From positions 472,705 to 536,704 of the forward strand of contig CAYFJV010000001.1 of the NCBI GenBank assembly GCA_964343575.1: a stretch of DNA of 64,000 bases, in the 5' to 3' direction. This document shows, piece by piece, positions 9,763 through 18,589 of this stretch. Within the stretch, counting starts at the first letter, position 1. Each line of letters starts with the position of its first letter. A program made the position numbers and the translations under genes. The DNA comes from an uncultured Methanosarcinales archaeon. Lineage in GTDB: Archaea; Nanobdellota; Nanobdellia; Woesearchaeales; GW2011-AR9. The notes beneath the pieces are model-generated. The model searched no databases. It saw only the letters and a program-made list of their open reading frames with translations, and was not told the DNA's origin.

Positions 9763-10470
9763 TTATTTTTTTGTCACCTTCCGATATACTCCCAAAATTA
9801 TGAGAAATGCTACAAGCATAAGGGTTTGCCCTACAAAGTAGAGTGCATCCCAATACTGCACAAAGATGAAGAGCAGCTGTGCAAACATGATTAGGAAAAA
9901 AGAACTCATCACAAGATAAGCATTCTTCTTTCCAGTGTTTAGGAAGTTTCTGTAATAGTTAAGCACGATAAGTGCTAAAAGGATAAGACTTGTTAGGAAA
10001 AAGACAGCGTAGTTAAAAGTGCTAATGAGCCCGATAAGAGTTACTAAGTAGATGAAAAGAACGATCTGTGACATCTCATGGAACTGCTTTAACCGGTCTC
10101 TTGATTTTTGAGAGATCAGAAAAACAAGCAACCAGGCTCCCAACATGGAAGTCATTTGTAAGAAAAAACCTGCTCGGTAAAAGAGGTTTCTTGCAGTTTC
10201 TCCCCCTTGGTGCGCCAGCGGGTGAAGAATATCCCCAGTGATTGTTCTTACAGGATGAAAGTATACATTACCATAAGTAATTAACTTACAAAGATAAGCA
10301 AAGCTCACCAAAGCAAAAGCAATAGAAAAGTAAGCGAATCTTCTATCTGAACTGAGCTTGTATACTTTCCAACTGTAACTTGTAATAAGTAAGGCAATAA
10401 CAAGAGAAATAATACCATAAAGGATATCTAGTTGATTAAACCATTCCGGTGTTGCGAATAAATTAAACAT
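9763..10470 (-). CDS. multi-pass (about 7 TM) membrane protein
   Basis: About seven hydrophobic segments; 1 bp gap to the wHTH gene. Confidence 0.75.
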   Translation of the reverse strand: MFNLFATPEWFNQLDILYGIISLVIALLITSYSWKVYKLSSDRRFAYFSIAFALVSFAYLCKLITYGNVYFHPVRTITGDILHPLAHQGGETARNLFYRAGFFLQMTSMLGAWLLVFLISQKSRDRLKQFHEMSQIVLFIYLVTLIGLISTFNYAVFFLTSLILLALIVLNYYRNFLNTGKKNAYLVMSSFFLIMFAQLLFIFVQYWDALYFVGQTLMLVAFLIILGVYRKVTKK

Positions 10471-10491
10471 TGTTTTTGACCACCACTGTTC

Positions 10492-10514
10492 CTACTTAGT
10501 AGTTGCTTAAGTAG
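10492..10514. promoter_or_regulatory. inverted repeat CTACTTA-N9-TAAGTAG, candidate operator
   Basis: Lies between a TTTTAAAG box (about 10534-10541, minus strand) and the start of the 7TM-wHTH pair. Confidence 0.35.
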
Positions 10515-10695
10515 CTCTTTTTTTGCTCGGTGGCTTTAAAAAACTTATGGGTTTTCTTTCTTTTTTCTCTTTGAATCGTCACTGTGTTGTGACGTTAATA
10601 AGAATCTTTGAAGGTTTGTCTTTTTGTGTTTGTTTTCTGGTTAAAGAAAAATTTTGGTGAGAAAGTTTTTATAAAAAATGCTTTCCGAGAAAAAC

Positions 10696-11157
10696 ATGGC
10701 TTTAAGACGTTTTTCCTTAGAATATTTCTTCACAGAAGGAAGAAGAGAAGCCCTTGGTTTTGAAGTTACTCCAACAATGGTTTCCCTTCTTTACGCGCAC
10801 TACCTAAGAAGCTGGGGGGATGTGTATCAAAGACATTATGGTTTTGGGATTTGTGCAGGAGAGGTTGTCTCTGAAAGTCTTACTTTTGGAAGGGGAGATA
10901 ATAAGCTTACTGAGTTGAGAATTTATAAGGGAGATTGTTCAGCTCCTTCTTGGCGTTGGGAAAGAGAACGCCTTGCAGGAGAATTTACCGGAACATTTCC
11001 CGACTGGATTGCTGAAGATCTTACCGGTGTCAAAAGAAGATCAGTAGAAGTTCTTGAAAAGATAGCTAGAGCAGCCAGACTTGAGGGAAAACCTTATGCA
11101 AGAAGAGAAGCTCTTAAGGACTTGAAAGGCTTAGTTGCTTCTTTGCAATTTGCTTGA
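10696..11157 (+). CDS. hypothetical protein
   Basis: ORF with a TTTATAAA box about 25 nt upstream; AGA-rich Arg codons. Confidence 0.6.
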   Translation: MALRRFSLEYFFTEGRREALGFEVTPTMVSLLYAHYLRSWGDVYQRHYGFGICAGEVVSESLTFGRGDNKLTELRIYKGDCSAPSWRWERERLAGEFTGTFPDWIAEDLTGVKRRSVEVLEKIARAARLEGKPYARREALKDLKGLVASLQFA

Positions 11158-11187
11158 TCTTAGAATCTTGTTTTTCTTTTTTCATTC

Positions 11188-13311
11188 CTACTCAAAAGGA
11201 ACGCCGCTCCACAAGGTCCAATCTTCAGAAGGAGAATAAGGCTGAAAAGTAAAGTAAGGCGGTTGATTCTGGCCAAAGTGATTATAGTGCACCTGGCCCC
11301 AAGTGCGTTCTGCCTGCATAATGCTCGAACTTCGTGAACCATAAACAGGGCTGTTAAAATATTTCCATGCTTTCATGACACTCTTAAATCCGCCAGTATC
11401 GGTTGTGAAGTCTGCTCCTGGTTCAACAATCATATCTCCACGATATTTGTCAGGAGTATTTTCTTTAATAGCTTTGATCATCTCTTTGATCGGAGCATTT
11501 CCTTCTCCCGGGGCTAAGTGCTCATCTTGGTAACCATAATTATCATCAATGTGCACGTGACCAATCATGTTTTTTTTGGCCATCTTTTTAACCATATCAA
11601 CAGTCCACTTGTCAAAATCCTTATCATTTTGTTTGAGCGTTTTGCTTGGGTCATTTTTCCAATACTTACGCCACATGTTTAGGTGGCCCGTATCCAAAGT
11701 GATAGAAAGGTGCTCTGCTGCTCTCTTTTTTGCTTGTTCCTCAGAGAGACCTTTTTTTCGAACAAGCATTTCTTCCATTCTTTTTCGTGAACCGCCCAAG
11801 ATTTTCATAATCTCTTCTGGGTGCGCACCATAACTTTCAGGAAATAAGTTTTCCATAGCAACCATGATTGGTTTTTTGAGCTTCTTTTCTCTTTGCAGTT
11901 GCTTTGTCTTCTCATAGGCAAAAACTCCTGCTCTTGCGTAAGAATCATAACTCTCCTCAAGCGCGTAAGTTCTTGCACTTTCTACATGTTTGAGTTTTTC
12001 AAAGTTTTCTGCTGCCTGCGTAAACTGTCCAGAAGCTACATCTTGAGCTTGTTGAATTCTGATGTTTGTCAGCCTAAGCGCTCTTTCCAAAGCCTCACTG
12101 GTTCTTTCAGGATGTTGTTTTTTCGTCCTCTCAAGATCTTCAGCACTCATCCCTTCCTCGACACGTTTCCTCTCAGCAATATCTGCTCTGAGTTTTTTTG
12201 CATCTTCTAGGTTTTTCTCATAGTCACCAGTGTATTGTAGTGCGAAGGCCCTTGATGAAGCTACTTGTGTTTCAATCGCAGACATGATGTATGCTTCCTC
12301 GGGGAGAATGTTGATCTCATTCTCATTTCCTACATGGCGAAAGCGCCACCACTTACTTTTTGCCCAAGCACCGTTAGGATCATCTCTTTCCTTTTTTGAA
12401 AGTTTTTTGTGTTTCTTGAAAAATTCTCGAGCATCATTGGTAAGATCCTTTGCCTCTCCCTTGAGGTGGTCCCAGTCCAATTGCTGCGTCTTGAACTGTC
12501 CAGTTTTAGCATCAAAAACAGGTACTCTCTCTGTAACTTCTTTTGCTTTATTCCCATCAAGATCAATGTAATCTCCTTTCTTTACTCCTTTCTTCAGATC
12601 ATCTTTCTGTGCTTTCATCCACAGAGGCTTAGTGATAGAGTTACCCTTCTTTGCTTCTGCAATTAAATTTCCTGTTCTTCGATCTACCACATAGAAGCTT
12701 GCTCGCTCCTCCTCATCAGGGAATGATTCAAACTTTCCTTTCCACTTGCTACTTTCTTTATCATTCCAATCAGTTTCACTAAAGGGCCTCTTAAACTCTC
12801 CAGTATGCACCACAACTGGGCCCCCCTGACCAACATCGGCTGCAAACTCAATTGCTCTTTTGATTTCTTGCAGTGAAGTTATTTTTGATTCTCTAGAAAA
12901 ATTTCCTTGACGATCTTGCCCAGCCAGACCAAAAACCCCAACACTGGTGTGTGTAGTAATATCCATTCGGTTTGCCGCTGCAGTCTCTCGTAATGCTTGA
13001 CGCTGCAACTTACCATACATCCCAGCAGTGTGGCCACCGCCGCCACCTTTACCCATACCCATAAAGCCAAGCTCTACTTTTTTAGAACCTGCACGAAACT
13101 TTCCCAAAATTGCGGGAACGTTTGGAACTGGGCCAAGACCAAAACTTTCTCCTAAATCACTAGCATGCACGCCAACATCATTAGTGTCGTGATGGTGGTC
13201 ACAATTGTGGCCTGAATGGTTGTCATGGTGCGGGGCGTGAGCATCACTAGCTATGTACTCACGATCCATAGAACTAAAGTAACGGGTATCAAAACCACCA
13301 AAGTCTACCAT
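11188..13311 (-). CDS. xylose isomerase/AP-endonuclease-2-like TIM-barrel protein with large insertion
   Basis: VVHTGE, MENLFPE, LDTGHLN, HVHIDDN, DEHLAPGEG and VEPG metal-ligand motifs. Confidence 0.8.
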   Translation of the reverse strand: MVDFGGFDTRYFSSMDREYIASDAHAPHHDNHSGHNCDHHHDTNDVGVHASDLGESFGLGPVPNVPAILGKFRAGSKKVELGFMGMGKGGGGGHTAGMYGKLQRQALRETAAANRMDITTHTSVGVFGLAGQDRQGNFSRESKITSLQEIKRAIEFAADVGQGGPVVVHTGEFKRPFSETDWNDKESSKWKGKFESFPDEEERASFYVVDRRTGNLIAEAKKGNSITKPLWMKAQKDDLKKGVKKGDYIDLDGNKAKEVTERVPVFDAKTGQFKTQQLDWDHLKGEAKDLTNDAREFFKKHKKLSKKERDDPNGAWAKSKWWRFRHVGNENEINILPEEAYIMSAIETQVASSRAFALQYTGDYEKNLEDAKKLRADIAERKRVEEGMSAEDLERTKKQHPERTSEALERALRLTNIRIQQAQDVASGQFTQAAENFEKLKHVESARTYALEESYDSYARAGVFAYEKTKQLQREKKLKKPIMVAMENLFPESYGAHPEEIMKILGGSRKRMEEMLVRKKGLSEEQAKKRAAEHLSITLDTGHLNMWRKYWKNDPSKTLKQNDKDFDKWTVDMVKKMAKKNMIGHVHIDDNYGYQDEHLAPGEGNAPIKEMIKAIKENTPDKYRGDMIVEPGADFTTDTGGFKSVMKAWKYFNSPVYGSRSSSIMQAERTWGQVHYNHFGQNQPPYFTFQPYSPSEDWTLWSGVPFE

Positions 13312-13400
13312 CTCGGTTTTGAAAGAGAATTTTTGTATATAAAACTTTACTTATTAAGGGCATAGATGCAGGCATAGGCACTAGCACAGATCAAAGGAAC

Positions 13401-14087
13401 TCACTGATACCAATCGTTCATATTCTTTCCTTTACCCGAAAAGTCTCCCCCAACATCTTCTTTGTATAAAGTTCCTGTACGCTCTAAAATTTCTTTTGAA
13501 GTTGTTGATGCAGCAGCTTGCTCACTTGCAGTTCCTTGCTCTCGTTGCCTTAAGCTGCGTCTTAAAAGATCTTCTTGCTTACTACTGGAGAGATAATCTT
13601 GTCCTTGCTCAGTGCTATAAGCAACACTCTGCTCATTGTAAAGGGACTCAATTGATGCTGGGCCATGTTCTCCGTGAAAATAGTCTGGCTCAGCATAACG
13701 AAATTTCTTATCTTGCTGGGCAATTGCTCTTGGATCAAGAGCAACCGTCTCTTCAAGTGAATCTTCATGAGCTTGCTTTTCTTGCAAAGTTGCTCTTTTT
13801 CCTCTAAGAAGCTCTTCTTCTAAGTTTTCAGAACTTTTTTTCTGTTCTGACAATCCTCTTGCAGCAAGAACTATTTGTTTCTCTTCTTGACTCAATCCTT
13901 CAAGGCTTTCTACTGCAACTTGAGGGATGGGAACCTTCTCCTTGTGCTCTTGCTCTTGTTTTAACTCTTCTTCTGTTTGCTGGAGCTCTTTCTTAGTATC
14001 TTGTAATTCTTTTTCCTTTTTCTTTTGCAGTTTTTTTAGTTCTGCAAGGCGCTCCCCGGGTTCCAGGTTTTTGAGTTTTTGAGACAT
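13401..14087 (-). CDS. charged coiled-coil hypothetical protein
   Basis: E/K/Q-rich ORF; GAGGAG precedes MSQKLK. Confidence 0.7.
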   Translation of the reverse strand: MSQKLKNLEPGERLAELKKLQKKKEKELQDTKKELQQTEEELKQEQEHKEKVPIPQVAVESLEGLSQEEKQIVLAARGLSEQKKSSENLEEELLRGKRATLQEKQAHEDSLEETVALDPRAIAQQDKKFRYAEPDYFHGEHGPASIESLYNEQSVAYSTEQGQDYLSSSKQEDLLRRSLRQREQGTASEQAAASTTSKEILERTGTLYKEDVGGDFSGKGKNMNDWYQ

Positions 14088-14237
14088 TTTTCTCCTCATA
14101 GAACGAAGATTGAGTGAAGTATAAAATATTTCTTCTAGAAGGTTAAATGCAGCATATGTTTTAGAAGATGCTAAGAAGAGATATATGTGATTGAATGACT
14201 TAAAGAAGGACTTTGTTCTTAGTGTAGTAAGATGATT

Positions 14238-15722
14238 TTACCACTGAACCATTCGGTGCGCCTTCTTGAAATTCTTATAGACATTCCAAGAGGCAACCAT
14301 TGCCTTTCCTGTGCCATCTCCTGGTTTTTTCTTTGAAGATTTCTTCTTTTTCTTATCTCTTGGCTCTGGGAGGAAATCTCCAAAAAGGAATTGCTTAAGA
14401 CTAAATTTTTCTCTTGCTGCCTGCTCTTTTGCTTCTTTCTCTTTTTTTGCTTTCTCTCCAGAAGCAAGCGCTTTTGCTTCTTCAAGATAAATCTTTAGCT
14501 CATCTCCAAGTGCATCCATAGATGCATGGACAGATCCAGAAATGTTTCCCATCAAGTCAATAGTTTCTTCTTCTTTCATCTTCACATAACGCTTGATAGT
14601 GTCGTCGTCCCAATCCATTACTCGCAGCTGGAGATCCATTTTTCCAACGTGCACTGGTCCACGATTGTATCCTTCCTGTTGAAACTTAAGATGTGGCCTG
14701 GTTCGATAATTAAAAGTTACCAACAGGCAATGTGTTGTTCCAGGATTGTGAGCAATAAATTCTATATCCATCATGCTTCCTTCAAAACTACTCACCATAT
14801 CTGCAGAGTCTTGATGCTGACCTTTCAGACTAAGACGCTGCACATTCTTAAGGTAGGGTTTGATCCAAGTTACATACATCTGGATGATTTCGTAGTGCTG
14901 CCAAAGATATTTTAACATAAAACGCTCCCGATCACTGTGCTCTTTGTGCGTACGTTTTTTCCATTCTACAAACTGACGTAAATGGCGGCGCAAGACCCGT
15001 AGAACGTTGTTGTTAAAAGTGTCTCCAAGCTTTTCTATGTGCTTATCCATCTCTTTTGTGCTTTTGAAAGGAGGGGCATCAAAAAAAAGGTCAGGGAGGG
15101 TTACAAACTCTAATTCTCTAGCCATCCCGTAGACCGAAGCTGGACTTTTCCCCCCGCCTTGCACAAGATCTACAAAAATTCCTTTAAGTGTAATTTCATC
15201 GCTTGTACTTCGTTCCCCCATAGGCTTCTCTAATTCTTCAAGAGCACCGTTGTAATAACTCAGCCGTTCAGCTAGAATTCTTCGCTCCCTTACCATCTGG
15301 AAAAGCTCTTTAATCATTTTTCCAATGGTGGCAAGATATTGTCCAACTTTATCTTGCTGCACCCCAAGTCGTTGTTGACTCATTCCAAAAAAAGCAGAAT
15401 TTTCTGAAGCGGAAAATGTATCTTCAACTTTGATGATATTTGTATAAAAGCCTTTAAGAAAATCAAGAACCCAAAAGTAAGGTTCCTCAATGTTAAGATC
15501 TGGAACTTCATAGACAAGGTTATACTTTTTTACAGTTTTTGGAAAGCCCGTGGAAGAGAAGTCCCCATTTGATACTTCTGCAATCTCATCATCTGCATGA
15601 CTTGGATCAATATCATCACCATACTTTCTCCTACGCTTAAAGATACCATCTACTTCATCATACTCTTCCTTGGCATCATCCTTGATGAATCCATGTTTGA
15701 CCAGAAGTTTAGCATCCACCAT
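14238..15722 (-). CDS. hypothetical protein, 494 aa
   Basis: Long ORF; no family recognised. Confidence 0.75.
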   Translation of the reverse strand: MVDAKLLVKHGFIKDDAKEEYDEVDGIFKRRRKYGDDIDPSHADDEIAEVSNGDFSSTGFPKTVKKYNLVYEVPDLNIEEPYFWVLDFLKGFYTNIIKVEDTFSASENSAFFGMSQQRLGVQQDKVGQYLATIGKMIKELFQMVRERRILAERLSYYNGALEELEKPMGERSTSDEITLKGIFVDLVQGGGKSPASVYGMARELEFVTLPDLFFDAPPFKSTKEMDKHIEKLGDTFNNNVLRVLRRHLRQFVEWKKRTHKEHSDRERFMLKYLWQHYEIIQMYVTWIKPYLKNVQRLSLKGQHQDSADMVSSFEGSMMDIEFIAHNPGTTHCLLVTFNYRTRPHLKFQQEGYNRGPVHVGKMDLQLRVMDWDDDTIKRYVKMKEEETIDLMGNISGSVHASMDALGDELKIYLEEAKALASGEKAKKEKEAKEQAAREKFSLKQFLFGDFLPEPRDKKKKKSSKKKPGDGTGKAMVASWNVYKNFKKAHRMVQW

Positions 15723-15821
15723 CTTTTTTTAAGTTCCCTGAGGAAAAGAGAGTTTTTCTCTTTAAATTAGTTTCGTTAACTTCCCCCGGAGTGTTACAAG
15801 GTAGTGAGGCAGACTAGCGTT

Positions 15822-16958
15822 TTAGAAGATCCAAGTCAGGAAGGTTCCTGCTCCCACAAGCCAAAAACTGGGGATATAGCTTGCAGTAAGCAAAACAAGG
15901 AGCAAAATAGTAATTCTTCCCATATTCATAAAAATCTCTCTAATGATAAAATATTCCACAGGATTTTCTTTTGCTCTATCATATTGAAGAGCAGTGACCG
16001 GAGCTTCTAAAATTCCATGAGTAAGAGAGTGAGCTAGAGTGATCCAAAGGAAGACATTGAAGGTTGAAGAAAATCCACGTAAGACCCAAATGATTGCTTC
16101 AATCGGTGCCATAAGGTAGATAATTATTTTTTTTCCTTTCTTATCACTAAATCTCCCAACTGCAGGAGAAAGGGCAGCAATAGTTACTCCAGAAAGGGTC
16201 CCGATAACTCCTAACTGAATATAATCTTGAAGAACAGCAAACATAAACAAAGGCCAAAGAATGGTACTTGCAAAGTGCATTGCTCCACGATAAAAGTAAA
16301 AAGTTTCCATCTTCCAGGCACTTTTGCTCAACATCCTTCTCGCAGAAAAATGGTAAGGGGCATGGTGCTCTTTGCTTAGGAACAAAAAAAGAGCGGAGAA
16401 AGCAAGAATGATTGCTGAAAGAAGAAAGAGAGGTTGAAAGCCAAAATACTTGATGATGATTCCCCCAATCAAAGGACCAGCAATCCCTCCCAAAAGAGAG
16501 AATGCTCTTCTCAGCCCCATCTCTTCTCCACGGTGCTTTTTATGGGAAACTCGTTTGAACTCTAAATGAAAGCCCATCCAAAAAAAAGCCTGCGCTAAAC
16601 CTTGGAAAAAAGCAATGAGTGCCAAAGGTAAAGCTTGTGATGCTAACTGATGGAGTGAAAAAAAATAGATTATGTAAAAAGGAACACTCAAAAGAATGCT
16701 GTGTTTTAATCCAAAACGACAAGCAAACTTTGCTGCTATGGGAGTGAGTCCTGCAAAAATTGCTGCATAGAGCATAAAAAAAGCTAATGTTTGTGTGAAA
16801 CTGTATCCTAGCTCCACAAGAAGATACATAGGGACGAAAAGACCAACAAGAGAAAGGGCCAGTGAACGCAAAGCTATTGAGAAGTAAGCTTGATGTAATT
16901 CTTTGCTTGGAAGAAGCTGTAAAATCCTCCCATGATGATTATGAAAATCAAAGAGCAT
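15822..16958 (-). CDS. MFS transporter
   Basis: About 12 TM segments; GRFSDKKGKK motif-A variant; GPLIGG. Confidence 0.85.
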   Translation of the reverse strand: MLFDFHNHHGRILQLLPSKELHQAYFSIALRSLALSLVGLFVPMYLLVELGYSFTQTLAFFMLYAAIFAGLTPIAAKFACRFGLKHSILLSVPFYIIYFFSLHQLASQALPLALIAFFQGLAQAFFWMGFHLEFKRVSHKKHRGEEMGLRRAFSLLGGIAGPLIGGIIIKYFGFQPLFLLSAIILAFSALFLFLSKEHHAPYHFSARRMLSKSAWKMETFYFYRGAMHFASTILWPLFMFAVLQDYIQLGVIGTLSGVTIAALSPAVGRFSDKKGKKIIIYLMAPIEAIIWVLRGFSSTFNVFLWITLAHSLTHGILEAPVTALQYDRAKENPVEYFIIREIFMNMGRITILLLVLLTASYIPSFWLVGAGTFLTWIF

Positions 16959-17060
16959 AGTTGAAAAGACGAAAAATAAGCATATAAGTGTTTCGTTGAA
17001 AGAATTTGTTTAGAGAAGCAAAAACTTCATAAAGAAAAGAGAGAAAAAGAGAGTAGTATT

Positions 17061-17114
17061 GGTCCTATGGTCTAGTAGAAAACTTTTAAAAAAAGTTTTA
17101 GCAAAACAGGGCCA
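17061..17114 (+). repeat. duplicate of the first 18 nt of tRNA-Val forming a tRNA-like minihelix
   Basis: GGTCCTATGGTCTAGTAG is identical to 17128-17145; followed by an AAAACTTTT/AAAAGTTTT hairpin and AGGGCC-A. Confidence 0.7.
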
Positions 17115-17127
17115 AAGGCAAAGATAT

Positions 17128-17246
17128 GGTCCTATGGTCTAGTAGCTATGATACCGCCTTGACTAATGTGGCTGGCCACATTTTCAAAAATGGTTTGTCA
17201 TTTTTCAGAATGGCGGGGATCCCCGGTGCAAGTCCGGGTGGGACCA
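17128..17246 (+). tRNA. tRNA-Val(GAC) with a 46-nt anticodon-loop intron
   Basis: Acceptor GGTCCTA/TGGGACC, anticodon stem CCGCC/GGCGG, T arm CCCGG-TGCAAGT-CCGGG; intron about 17164-17209. Confidence 0.85.
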
Positions 17247-17331
17247 CTTCTTCACTTTTTGGAGGTTGATAAGGACAGACTTACCTCATTAGAACAAAGA
17301 TTAAAATAGCAGTGCAGCCTCCTTTTGAATA

Positions 17332-17913
17332 GTGGTAGTTGCTAATCAAGGGGTGCTTTATACTCTAGAAGTTGAAAAATCACGGATTCTTGTAGTAAAA
17401 ATAAGTACTTTGGTTCTTCTCTCCATTGTTTTTTATTTAGGTGTACTTATCAATCTTGGATTACTGGCTTTGGATGGATCTACTGAAACACTTGTTAAAA
17501 CAAGCGCTCTTTTCTTACTGCTTACTCTTATTGTTATTGGTTCCTTACACAACTTGAGCGCAGTCAAGCATGGTTATCGTTTTTATGAAGACAAGATTAG
17601 GTTTGCAAAAAGAAATGTTTCTTATCTTTCTATTGAGAAAGTTGAAAGAAAAGAAAATTTGTGGGACAAATTATTTAGAACACATAGTTTACAACTCAAC
17701 AAAAAATTTAGTATTGATGGAATTCCGAACGAAGTGAATGTTCAGCCTTATGTTGAGCAGATGCTTCAGTATAGTAAGGCAAAATTGCAACAACAAAACA
17801 GTCCACAGACAAGTTTTGGAGGAAATCCAAAGAGTAGTTTGTTAAGTGGGCAACAAGGATCGCAACTTAGCACTGGAAGAATTGGTAGTCCAGGAGCGCG
17901 AAGTTATTATTAA
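17332..17913 (+). CDS. membrane protein, 2 TM plus a bacterial-PH-like domain
   Basis: Two hydrophobic segments, then YRFYEDKI and IEKVERKENLWDKLF. Confidence 0.6.
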   Translation: MVVANQGVLYTLEVEKSRILVVKISTLVLLSIVFYLGVLINLGLLALDGSTETLVKTSALFLLLTLIVIGSLHNLSAVKHGYRFYEDKIRFAKRNVSYLSIEKVERKENLWDKLFRTHSLQLNKKFSIDGIPNEVNVQPYVEQMLQYSKAKLQQQNSPQTSFGGNPKSSLLSGQQGSQLSTGRIGSPGARSYY

Positions 17914-17935
17914 TGCATTTCCCGAGTTTATATTC

Positions 17936-18589
17936 ATGACTTATTTCCACACAAAACAAAGAGTTTTCTTGGGCATAGATGAGTCAGGTATCGGAGGCGA
18001 TTCTTCTCGCCAGATTTTGGTGGGTGCTTTTTCTTCGGATGAGCGTTTAGTTTATTCCCACAAAGGAAGGTTGCTCAAAGCAAGAGATTACATTGCTTTA
18101 AGGGAAGCGGGTTCAAGTATAGAACCCCCAAGTTACGAGGTCATGCTTAATGAAGGTTTAGAAACTTTTTTCTGGGGAAAGAATAGGTCAGGCAGCCTTC
18201 CTTCTCAAATTGCTGCACATGCAACCATTGGGGAACTCATTATACATTGCGGAAGAGATACCTGCTTAAGCAGACTTGTGGTGTATGTAGATAGGTTCCA
18301 TTCAGACACTAAAGAAATTTTGGGCGAATATTTAGAAAGAAGAGGTTATGCTAGAACAAAAGGCCCCATTATTCATGTTATAAGGGGTTCTGATAAAGAT
18401 CAAAAATTAGTGAACTTTGCAGACATTATTGCCTTTCAAATTGGAGAGCTCTGCAGAAGAAAACAAGACACTTATCCGAGAAAGGTAACTTTCCCTATAG
18501 AGATTGATCCTCAGTTTCCTACTCTTGGACAGAGAGTAATTCTTCCAGATGGGGCCAAAAGAGAATTAGAATTGCTCTTAGCAGCTTAG
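17936..18589 (+). CDS. RNase H-fold protein (RNase HII/DUF3800-like)
   Basis: FLGIDESG, VYVD and FADIIA acidic motifs; start moved to MTYF. Confidence 0.55.
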   Translation: MTYFHTKQRVFLGIDESGIGGDSSRQILVGAFSSDERLVYSHKGRLLKARDYIALREAGSSIEPPSYEVMLNEGLETFFWGKNRSGSLPSQIAAHATIGELIIHCGRDTCLSRLVVYVDRFHSDTKEILGEYLERRGYARTKGPIIHVIRGSDKDQKLVNFADIIAFQIGELCRRKQDTYPRKVTFPIEIDPQFPTLGQRVILPDGAKRELELLLAA

